Positions 29,457 to 39,692 of a stretch of DNA of 64,000 nucleotides are shown one piece after another. The notes beneath the pieces were generated by a model that was not told the origin of the DNA, ran no database searches, and saw only the letters and a list, made by a program, of their open reading frames with translations. The position numbers and the translations under genes were made by a program. The stretch is from contig DEUM01000009.1 of NCBI GenBank assembly GCA_002362575.1, forward strand, positions 43,639-107,638, given 5' to 3'. The first letter of the stretch is position 1. Every line of letters starts with the position of its first letter. The stretch comes from Lachnoclostridium sp. UBA3262 (lineage in GTDB: Bacteria > Bacillota > Clostridia > Lachnospirales > Lachnospiraceae).

Positions 29457-29849
29457 ATGAAAGAATTTACAAAGATTGCAATGGCAATTATTTTGATGCT
29501 TACAATGTGCATCACAATGATTCCGGCAGAGAAAGCGGACGCAAAAAGTAAAAATCTCTACTTTGCAGGAGAGTACCGGAAGAAAATAGGCAAGGGCGAA
29601 TATTATGTATTAAAGACAAATCAATTTTCTTCACGGAAGGGTAAGGTAAAGGGAACTTTCACAATTTACTATTATTATAAGCTGTCTGGTGGAATGAATG
29701 TATGGAAAAAGGGAAACATGAAACAAGTTAGTAAAAACAAATATAAATCTGGTAAGATGAGACTTCGGGTTTATAAAAAGAAAATTGTCATCACAAAAGG
29801 TGGTGAATATAATGGTATCTACAAATTAAAGAAACGCCATTATTCGTAA
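29457..29849 (+). CDS. Small, very basic secreted protein
   Basis: Signal peptide ending ADA; Lys/Tyr/Gly-rich mature part; RBS ggaggg. Confidence 0.7.
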   Translation: MKEFTKIAMAIILMLTMCITMIPAEKADAKSKNLYFAGEYRKKIGKGEYYVLKTNQFSSRKGKVKGTFTIYYYYKLSGGMNVWKKGNMKQVSKNKYKSGKMRLRVYKKKIVITKGGEYNGIYKLKKRHYS

Positions 29850-30033
29850 ACCTACAGTTTTACTATATTTAAAGAAGAATTGTTTATATGAATAAAAGAA
29901 AGACCATTAAAAGTATTTATTTAATATTTTTGATTTGCTTTGATTACTGACTTAACTAAGTTTTCAAATCTTGTTTTAAATTACTGTCACATATTGAGTT
30001 AAAATAATTTTGCAAAAGAGAGGAAAGAATAAA

Positions 30034-30708
30034 ATGATATGCTCAAGGTGCGGAACAAATATAGATGATAATGCAACCGAGTGTGAGTATTGTGGGCTCA
30101 AATTCAAGATAGATAAGCCTCAAGCTATGTTTGATGGAAACAATAACAATTGGCAGAAAACGGCGGTAACCAATACTTATATCATTCCGGATTCATCTGA
30201 CAGTGAAGAAAAAACGGAAAAGATGTGTATTATTGCAGTTGTTTGCATAATTGTTACACTTATAATTGGGGCTGCCGGCTATTACTTTTATGAGAATTAC
30301 AAATTAGGTGAAAAGTATTCAAGTATAGTAGATAAGTATGGACTGACAAATCAGCAAATAGAAGACAGCATTAGTGAAAGCTATTATAAAAAATGGTATT
30401 CTTCTTCCAAAGATACGATAACATTTACAAAGGACAAGATCATTCAAGAGAATGGAGAGGAGAAGGACATAAGGTTTGATTATAGAATAAAGAATATTTA
30501 TAGAAAAGAGATAACTCATAAATTTACTATAACAGTAGTTGTGGACGATTTTTATTACAAATTTGAACCACGGGCAAGATTTGATGAAAATGGCAACATA
30601 GAATATACTTGTTTATATATTTATTTTGGTGGTACAGAAGGTGATTTTTCCAATTTAGATTATAGAATTGTGTACGATACAGATCCTCAATATATAAATC
30701 AGGAATAA
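30034..30708 (+). CDS. Zinc-ribbon / single-TM / extracellular-domain protein A2 (paralog of A1)
   Basis: MICSRCG...ECEYCG; TM; KYSSIVDKYGLTNQQIEDSIS.SYYKKWY aligns with A1. Confidence 0.8.
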   Translation: MICSRCGTNIDDNATECEYCGLKFKIDKPQAMFDGNNNNWQKTAVTNTYIIPDSSDSEEKTEKMCIIAVVCIIVTLIIGAAGYYFYENYKLGEKYSSIVDKYGLTNQQIEDSISESYYKKWYSSSKDTITFTKDKIIQENGEEKDIRFDYRIKNIYRKEITHKFTITVVVDDFYYKFEPRARFDENGNIEYTCLYIYFGGTEGDFSNLDYRIVYDTDPQYINQE

Positions 30709-30738
30709 GCTAGAGAAGTAAAAAATACCATACCGGTC

Positions 30739-30767
30739 TTGACATATCACATGTTATACCATATAAT
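30739..30767 (+). promoter_or_regulatory. Consensus SigA promoter in the Rpn copy 2 leader
   Basis: Exact TTGACA-17-TATAAT; a second TTGACA-17-TATATT follows downstream. Confidence 0.75.
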
Positions 30768-31019
30768 ACAATTAAAAGAGCCGTAATGCGCCAAAAACAG
30801 CGCAAAACGAAGCTTGACACAGCAGCCTTTTGTTGTTATATTTAACCTATCAGAAGCTTCTAAATTCAATTGAGTCCTAAAAACTCGAATCATTCATTTT
30901 GGAAAAAATCGGTAAGCAGTCGAGAAAAATTCCAGTGAGAGAAGAAAAAACTGACAGGCAGCAATGAAAGACAGGGTGTATTTCTATCTGCCTGCAAAAA
31001 TAGGAAGGGAGAAATACAT

Positions 31020-31904
31020 ATGCTGAAAAGGACACTAAAAGACTTGAACCTGACGGATGATTTTCTAATCAATCGTGTGATGTCAGATGCTACTTATGGA
31101 GAGGAGTTTGCCAAGATTCTTTTGGGAACTATTTTCCATAGAGAAATAGGACCGTTGGTTGTCATCCCACAGAAGGTAGAGTATGGGATGGAGACAGAAT
31201 GTCATGGTATTCGGTTAGATGTATATATGGAGGAAAAGGATGCCGGTATTTTTGACATGGAAGCAGACCAGAACTGGTCATTAAAAGACAGACAGTCATT
31301 GCCGAAGAGAGTAAGGTTTTACCATGCCAAGATAGATTCCGGGGCATTGGAGAGCGGAGGCGAGTACAGGGATTTGCGGAATGTCTGCGTCATCTTTATT
31401 ACAACCTATGATCCATTTGATAAGAAACGTATGGTGTACACGATTAAGAATAGTTGCACAGAGGAGCCGGACCTTCCCTACGAGGATGGTGCGAGAACGA
31501 TTTTTCTCTATACAAGGGGCGTGAATGGGAATCCGCCTGCGGATTTGTCAGAATTACTCCGGTATATGGAGGATACCACGGAGAAAAATGTGTGCAACGA
31601 AAGCATTAGAAGACTTCATGAGATGGTTCAGCATACGAAGCAGGATGCGAAAGCGGGGTTGGCTTATATGAAGTGGTATGAGATTGAAAGTATGTGCAGG
31701 GAGGAAGGCAGAGAAGAAGGCAGAAAAGAGAGGCAATTGTTTACGATTAAAATCATAAAGAACTTAGTAAGCCGGAATGAGTCAACAGAAGAAATATCTA
31801 AGCTTATCGAATTGCCATATGCGTCGGTAGAGGAAATCGTGAAACAATTCAAACTTCATCCGGAATGGGATAACGAACAGATATTAGAGAAAATAGAAAA
31901 GTAG
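31020..31904 (+). CDS. Rpn family recombination-promoting nuclease / putative transposase (PD-(D/E)XK_2), intact copy
   Basis: LTDDFLINRVM, GIRLDVY, DMEADQ, RVRFYHAKID, VCVIFITTYDPF, IFLYTRG and REEGREEG motifs. Confidence 0.85.
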   Translation: MLKRTLKDLNLTDDFLINRVMSDATYGEEFAKILLGTIFHREIGPLVVIPQKVEYGMETECHGIRLDVYMEEKDAGIFDMEADQNWSLKDRQSLPKRVRFYHAKIDSGALESGGEYRDLRNVCVIFITTYDPFDKKRMVYTIKNSCTEEPDLPYEDGARTIFLYTRGVNGNPPADLSELLRYMEDTTEKNVCNESIRRLHEMVQHTKQDAKAGLAYMKWYEIESMCREEGREEGRKERQLFTIKIIKNLVSRNESTEEISKLIELPYASVEEIVKQFKLHPEWDNEQILEKIEK

Positions 31905-32067
31905 AATCATTAGAAAATGTAAAAGGCATTATTCATCACGGCAAGTGAGTGGATGATGTCTTTTATATATGTGAAAAATGTTGAAATCAGATAAGCCGGG
32001 CAGGTGTTATACTAATACATCGGGTAATAACTTGAACATAGTCAATTTCAACTAAACGGAGGTAATT

Positions 32068-32868
32068 ATGTCAGAAGGATACGATAATACACAAAATGGA
32101 GGCAGTCAGGAACAGGTAACTATTTTAGAGTGCGGAGATGGCACAATTACATTTCCTGAGTGTAGTCTGGACTCGGAATTGTTATCAACAAATTTGTTAC
32201 TAAAGCAATATCTCCAAGCAGATGCGTATTCGCCCGGGGTGTGCCTTGAAGAAATCAACGCCAGACCGAAGAATGATTTTTTGGCGACAGTGAAAGGTAA
32301 TATGGATTTGATAAATAAGGTGGTAGAAAGGGTAACGTCAAAGGTATCTTTGCAAAAAGGAGAGAGGATTTTCTTGTTTTGTAGCAGGGGAGAGATTAAC
32401 TCCGTATACGGCATCAGCAGTCTGATAGGGAATGGCTATCTTGTGACGAGTAAAAGGATATTATTCTGGGACGGAGAAAATATTCTTGTACTTCCAATGA
32501 CAGAGATTCAGTCATTGACAGTAAATACTCATTCATATCAATGGTGTCTGAATGGAGTACGGGACGCAAATTTGTACCGGAGAAATCAGAATAAAGAAGA
32601 ACTGGCGCTGATTCTTGGTCTGATATTTTTACTTGTCAATGGAGAGAGTGGGGAAAAAGTAGTAGCTGACACGAGAGGGACTGCCTTTTCTGAAGAAACG
32701 CGGGACAGAGCAGGACAACCACAAATGCAACCACAAGCGCAAACTGCGAAGCAGACGCTTTCTCTGACAGACCGGTTACGTGAGGCAAAAGCCCTGTATG
32801 ATGAAGGTCTGGTTACAGAGTCGGAATATGCAGGGTTGAGAGAGAAGATTTTAGAGAAATTTGTGTGA
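32068..32868 (+). CDS. Protein with a PH-like segment and a C-terminal SHOCT domain
   Basis: GYLVTSKRILFW (bacterial PH-like); DRLREAKALYDEGLVTESEYAGLREKIL (SHOCT); RBS ggaggt. Confidence 0.75.
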   Translation: MSEGYDNTQNGGSQEQVTILECGDGTITFPECSLDSELLSTNLLLKQYLQADAYSPGVCLEEINARPKNDFLATVKGNMDLINKVVERVTSKVSLQKGERIFLFCSRGEINSVYGISSLIGNGYLVTSKRILFWDGENILVLPMTEIQSLTVNTHSYQWCLNGVRDANLYRRNQNKEELALILGLIFLLVNGESGEKVVADTRGTAFSEETRDRAGQPQMQPQAQTAKQTLSLTDRLREAKALYDEGLVTESEYAGLREKILEKFV

Positions 32869-32886
32869 TAAAGGAGAAGCAGATTT

Positions 32887-34017
32887 ATGATATGTCCAAA
32901 TTGTGGAACGAATATAAATGGCAATTCAAAGGAATGTGAGTACTGCGGAGCCAATTTAGAAATCGATAATCTCAAAAAAATTTTTGAGGAAAACCGTCCT
33001 CAGGAAAAAGAAGTCACTAAAGTCGATAGTAACGCCGTCTCAATTGGCTGGGTGGGACCTAGGAGAATTGTCCATGTTATTGCTATATTAACGGGAATTG
33101 GGATGACGTATCAGGGCTGGTTGCTACATAAGACGATTGATAGTATTAGCACAGTGGATTCCGATATGGGAGCAGGTGTGTGGTGTATTTTATACGGAGT
33201 TATTTTAATAGCACTTGGAATTATTGGATTGGTCAAGATTTATTCTACTGTATGCAGTTTTGTTTTGCCTATATTGTATGTAGTTGCCTTGTTGCCATTT
33301 ATCCTCAACGAAAGTTATAGGGATGTTGTGATGTTTTATGCGCCTATATTTTATGGTATCGTCAATTCTTTCTTAGCAATTGGAGTGTGCGGTAGCGCAA
33401 TTACTGTCAGGAGAGACAGTGTTGCGATGGGGTGGATTATATTTGCGCTTTTTTTCGTTATCTGCATTGCTATCAATGTCAATTATGAGAAAATTCAAAC
33501 GGAATTTTTTAATCAAATGGTAAATGAATTGTCACAAAACGAAAGTTACCATGAAAATGGCGGATTAGCGCAGGTGCAGGCGACAGAAACGCCGGTTCCG
33601 ACGGAGGCGCCCTCGTCGGTCTACAATGGACAGGATTTATTATATTCTGACTATGACGAGGAGGAATCTGAAGACAGCGAGGAGGAAGAAGATGATGATG
33701 CTTATGACGATTATGAAGACGATGAGGGGGATTCCGGTTATATATTCTCAGGTAGCGATTCAGAATATCTGACAAAAGCAGATGTAAAGGGAATGTCGGC
33801 AAAGGAATTGAATCTGGCAAAGAATGAACTCTATGCCAGACACGGCAGGATTTTTGACAGGGAAGATTTGCAGGAATATTTTGAGTCCTGTAGTTGGTAT
33901 GAGCCTCTTTATACAAGAGAGGAGTGGGATGAGAAAGGCGATAAATACTTTTTCAATGAAGTGGAGATAAAGAACCGGAACTTTCTTGTAAAGCGGGAGA
34001 GGAAGGCGAAAAAGTAA
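32887..34017 (+). CDS. Zinc-ribbon / multi-TM / acidic linker / YARHG-domain protein
   Basis: MICPNCG...ECEYCG; about 5 TM segments; D/E-rich tract; LAKNELYARHGRIF...YFESCSWY. Confidence 0.85.
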   Translation: MICPNCGTNINGNSKECEYCGANLEIDNLKKIFEENRPQEKEVTKVDSNAVSIGWVGPRRIVHVIAILTGIGMTYQGWLLHKTIDSISTVDSDMGAGVWCILYGVILIALGIIGLVKIYSTVCSFVLPILYVVALLPFILNESYRDVVMFYAPIFYGIVNSFLAIGVCGSAITVRRDSVAMGWIIFALFFVICIAINVNYEKIQTEFFNQMVNELSQNESYHENGGLAQVQATETPVPTEAPSSVYNGQDLLYSDYDEEESEDSEEEEDDDAYDDYEDDEGDSGYIFSGSDSEYLTKADVKGMSAKELNLAKNELYARHGRIFDREDLQEYFESCSWYEPLYTREEWDEKGDKYFFNEVEIKNRNFLVKRERKAKK

Positions 34018-34038
34018 AGGAAGGAGTAAGGATATAGT

Positions 34039-34968
34039 ATGTTATGTCCAAATTGCGGAACAGTATTAGAGGATGATGTGACGGAATGTCAGTATTGTGG
34101 ATGCCAGCTTGCAGAAAGTCATTCTCTTGTTCATATTGTACAGGAAAGAGACACCAGAGGAAATGCGAGAGGAGATATTTTAAACGATTTGAATAGGGCG
34201 CTTAGTGTTATCCGGCAGTTGGAAGCAATAGAAGAAAGGGAAATTGAATTTTCACAGCGCAGGGAAGATATTGAGCAGAAAAGGCAGGAGATACTGGATG
34301 ACGATATGCCGGGAGCGCTTGCGGTACTTTCTTTGCTTGTTATAATTGTTGCCGGAGGTTTTGGTTCCGTGGATGGTATTATAGGGATGATTGTCGCAGT
34401 TATTATAGCAGTGATTGTGTTGGGGCTCATTTATTCCGCATATAGCGCGCTCACAAAGGATTCTCGTGCGGCAAAGGCAAATGATTATTATAGTTTCCAG
34501 ATAGGTAGTCTGGAAAAGGAAGAAAAGGCGCACAATCAGAAAGTAAAAGCATTTTATAATAAAACAGATGTTGCCATGACGTTAGATTTCCTGCCTGAAA
34601 AATATCGCAGTAGTGGAACGATTTCATGCCTTATAAAGCTTTTTAGTGAGCGCAGGGCGGATACATTAAAAGAAGCCATCAACTTATATGAGGATGAGTC
34701 ACATAAAGAAAGGATGGAAGAAATGCAGGAAGCCCAGCTTCAGGAGCAGGAGTCGAGGATGCAGTGCCCGAATTGCGGTGGACGAAACTGTACCCTTATG
34801 ACAGAGACGACAACGAAAAAGGATGGGTACTCGGCGGCAGACGGATGTTGTGGACTTGTGTTGTTTGGACCTCTTGGACTGCTCTGTGGGGCGTGCGGTT
34901 CGGGGGAGGAGACAAAAACGAAAACATATTGGGTGTGTCAAAGCTGTGGAAAGAAATTCAATGCTTAA
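34039..34968 (+). CDS. Zinc-ribbon membrane protein with a second, C-terminal split zinc ribbon enclosing a Gly-rich hydrophobic segment
   Basis: MLCPNCG..CQYCG; two TM segments; CPNCGG...GCCGLVLFGPLGLLCGACG...WVCQSCG. Confidence 0.8.
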   Translation: MLCPNCGTVLEDDVTECQYCGCQLAESHSLVHIVQERDTRGNARGDILNDLNRALSVIRQLEAIEEREIEFSQRREDIEQKRQEILDDDMPGALAVLSLLVIIVAGGFGSVDGIIGMIVAVIIAVIVLGLIYSAYSALTKDSRAAKANDYYSFQIGSLEKEEKAHNQKVKAFYNKTDVAMTLDFLPEKYRSSGTISCLIKLFSERRADTLKEAINLYEDESHKERMEEMQEAQLQEQESRMQCPNCGGRNCTLMTETTTKKDGYSAADGCCGLVLFGPLGLLCGACGSGEETKTKTYWVCQSCGKKFNA

Positions 34969-35334
34969 AAAAAGTGACCGTAGGTGGCTCCGGATTATGA
35001 ATATCGGAAAACGGATTGGATGCCACCAGAGGGCAGACAGGAGCTTTTTTGTAAAAGGCTATCAGTTTCCGGTCTGCGCCAGATGTACGGGAGTTATTTT
35101 ATCTTCCGTTCTGGCAATGATTGTATTTTTTATCTATCCGCTCAGTGCATGGGCTTCTCTTGTGCTGAGCTTTCTTATGTTTCTCGACTGGTTTATACAG
35201 CGGATAGGAGTAAAGGAGTCCAATAACATAAGAAGACTTATCACCGGTCTGCTCGGCGGTTATGGATGTATGACGCTGCAAATGTATGGTTACCGTTTTT
35301 TATTTTTTTCTTTTTATCACCTGTTTAAAACTGG

Positions 35335-35338
<4 letters not shown>
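34961..35338 (+). CDS. DUF2085-family membrane protein
   Basis: GCHQRADRSFF..GYQFPVCARCTG and SNNIRRLITGLLGG; the start overlaps the upstream stop. Confidence 0.8.
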
Positions 35339-37511
<2,173 letters not shown>

Positions 37512-37526
<15 letters not shown>

Positions 37527-37547
37527 CAATATTGCGGGGGAGCTTTT
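37512..37547. terminator. Bidirectional terminator
   Basis: aagctcctccgc pairs with gcgggggagctt, between convergent genes. Confidence 0.7.
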
Positions 37548-37585
37548 GCTATGCAAATTCCGGAAAATGATTCTATAAGGAAAAA

Positions 37586-38068
37586 TTATAATTCAAGTAC
37601 GGTCTGTCTGCCAGAACTGACATATTTCCGATAGGTAATTCCGGCTGTTTTCATCATTTTTTTGGCGGCAATGACAGACGGAGTGTCAGAATATTTATCT
37701 TCCCTATAAATGACCTCATGGATTCCTGACTGGATGAGTGCCTTTGTACACTCATTGCAGGGAAACAGGGTAGTGTAAACACGTGCGCCTTTGAGATTTG
37801 TTCCCGTATAATTGAGCAGTGCGTTTAATTCCGCATGGCAAACATAAAGGTATTTTGTATCCAGTGGATTTTCGCTGTCCCTGTCCCATGGGTATTCGTC
37901 GTCAGAACAGCCATGTGGCATACCATTATAACCGACCGATAGTATTTTATTGTCGGTGCCAACGATACAGGCGCCAACGCTTGTATTTGGATCTTTGCTT
38001 CTCATGGAAGAAAGCTCGGCAATTCCCATGAAATATTGGTCCCATGATAGATAGTCCTGTCTTTTCAT
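37586..38068 (-). CDS. dCMP deaminase (ComEB-like)
   Basis: RSKDPNTSVGACIV, GYNG, CHAELNA and FPCNEC motifs. Confidence 0.9.
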   Translation of the reverse strand: MKRQDYLSWDQYFMGIAELSSMRSKDPNTSVGACIVGTDNKILSVGYNGMPHGCSDDEYPWDRDSENPLDTKYLYVCHAELNALLNYTGTNLKGARVYTTLFPCNECTKALIQSGIHEVIYREDKYSDTPSVIAAKKMMKTAGITYRKYVSSGRQTVLEL

Positions 38069-38245
38069 ATTTACCTCCATATTGCTGTAAAAGCAGTATT
38101 TTGTATGGTTTTCCTAATTGCCAAAAAAGACCTTGTACTGCGTGAAGTGCTTCACGAGGAACAAAGTCTTTTCCAGACGCATATTTTTGCGCCTTTTATA
38201 TATGACGGGTAGAATTGTAGTAACAGTACGACTGCCTTCTACATA

Positions 38246-38509
38246 TTATGCAATTTTGTTTACGGCAATAGTTAAGCGTGAAACTTTTCTTGCACAGGTA
38301 TTTTTGTGATAAACACCTTTTTTCGTAGCCTTATCAAGTTCAGAAATAGCTACTTTAAGTGCAGCCTCTGCAGCAGCTTTATCATTTGCTGCAATCGCAG
38401 CCTCTACCTTTTTGATAGTAGTTTTAACCTTAGAACGAACTGCTTTGTTCTTTGCTGCGCGCTTCTCAGAAACAAGAATTCTTTTCTTTGCAGATTTAAT
38501 ATTTGCCAA
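38246..38509 (-). CDS. rpsT: 30S ribosomal protein S20
   Basis: TTG start after ggaggtg; ANIKSAKKRI...KGVYHKNTCARKVSRL. Confidence 0.97.
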   Translation of the reverse strand: MANIKSAKKRILVSEKRAAKNKAVRSKVKTTIKKVEAAIAANDKAAAEAALKVAISELDKATKKGVYHKNTCARKVSRLTIAVNKIA

Positions 38510-38587
38510 TTCTAGCACCTCCATCGTATTTTTGATATTCATTGTCTGGCTGAACGGACACGGACGCCAACACAAACATACTTATTT

Positions 38588-38616
38588 ATAATATTATACA
38601 ATCCTGTTTCTGTCAA
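38588..38616 (-). promoter_or_regulatory. SigA promoter of rpsT
   Basis: TTGACA-17-TATTAT on the minus strand. Confidence 0.6.
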
Positions 38617-38740
38617 GCAATTTGTGAGAAATTGGCAAAAACAACTACAAAAATGGATAAAAGCAGGCAAATAGGAGATAGTATGGGAAGAACATGAACA
38701 CTGGTAATATCTGTGTCGTTTTGAAATGGAGGGGTGCGCC

Positions 38741-39646
38741 GTGGCAGAAAAACGTACGGACTTAGCTTTAGAGGCGAGAGAGAGTTTTCCTCACAATCAT
38801 GTAGAGGTTCAGGGGGTGATTTTAGAGAAACATTATTGTCGGGAGGGAAAGGCTAAAATAACGAGGGTGGAAATCAAGGATGACGCCGGCAGTAAGGCAA
38901 TGAAAAAACCAAAGGGAACGTATATTACAATTGAGTCGGACTTATTTCTGCAGGAGGAGGAAGACAGAGAGCCGTTGCTGCTCTGCATTTGCGAGCAATT
39001 GGAAAAAATGATTCATGGCATGAAACAAAAGTCAGTTCTCATTGTTGGGCTGGGAAACAGGGAAGTAACATCGGATTCCTTAGGGCCCAAAATGACAGAA
39101 CATCTTTTCATTACCAGACATCTGGAAAAGGAACTCGGAAAAGATTTTATGCGAAAGAATGAGTACGGCTGTGTCAGTGCGATTGCCCCCGGTGTTATGG
39201 CGCAGACCGGAATGGAGGCGAGTGAGCTGCTAGAGGGTGTAGTAAAGAAGACAAAACCAGATTTGGTAATCGTCATAGATGCACTGGCAGCGAGAAGTGT
39301 GAAAAGGCTTTGCACGACGGTTCAGATTACTAATACAGGTATCGCACCGGGAGCAGGAGTTGGTAACAGGAGAAAGGAGCTGACAAAGAAAACGCTCGGT
39401 GTGCCGGTAGTGGCAATCGGTGTACCGACGGTAGTGGATGCGGAAACGATAATTGGCGACCATTTAGAGCATGTGCTGGAAAAGCAGGGGTATTCCGAGC
39501 AGGAGATTGAACAGTTTCTATGTGAAATACTGACTTCTGATACGGAAAATGTCATGGTTACACCAAAAAATATTGACGCCTCCGTTGGAAGAATCAGTAA
39601 AGATTTGGCAGATATATTGAATCACTGCTTTCAGAAAAAGGGATAA
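38741..39646 (+). CDS. gpr: Germination protease GPR
   Basis: RTDLALEA, GTYITIE, VGLGNREVTSDSLGP, IDALAAR, PGAGVGN, GVPTVVD and MVTPKNID motifs; divergent from rpsT. Confidence 0.95.
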   Translation: MAEKRTDLALEARESFPHNHVEVQGVILEKHYCREGKAKITRVEIKDDAGSKAMKKPKGTYITIESDLFLQEEEDREPLLLCICEQLEKMIHGMKQKSVLIVGLGNREVTSDSLGPKMTEHLFITRHLEKELGKDFMRKNEYGCVSAIAPGVMAQTGMEASELLEGVVKKTKPDLVIVIDALAARSVKRLCTTVQITNTGIAPGAGVGNRRKELTKKTLGVPVVAIGVPTVVDAETIIGDHLEHVLEKQGYSEQEIEQFLCEILTSDTENVMVTPKNIDASVGRISKDLADILNHCFQKKG

Positions 39647-39692
39647 TCGAGAAAGGCTGTTCATATATTGGTAAAGGACTGGGGGAGAGAAG

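Larger units (their letters stand above)
30688..32014 (+). repeat. Direct repeat copy 2 (leader + Rpn gene + terminator + promoter)
   Basis: Counterpart of 27394-28778. Confidence 0.9.

Noticed and set aside
31020-31904. Rpn units as bona fide IS elements
   Set aside because: The 1.3-1.4 kb repeats have no terminal inverted repeats or target duplications, and their left boundary falls inside a neighbouring gene.
28852-34968. Diversity-generating retroelement or integron behind the zinc-ribbon array
   Set aside because: There is no reverse transcriptase, no adenine-specific TR/VR pair, no integron integrase and no regular attC-like sites.
39635-39692. SigE promoter for spoIIP (ATA-N16-CATATATT)
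   Set aside because: Plausible by context, but the match is too short to support as a feature.
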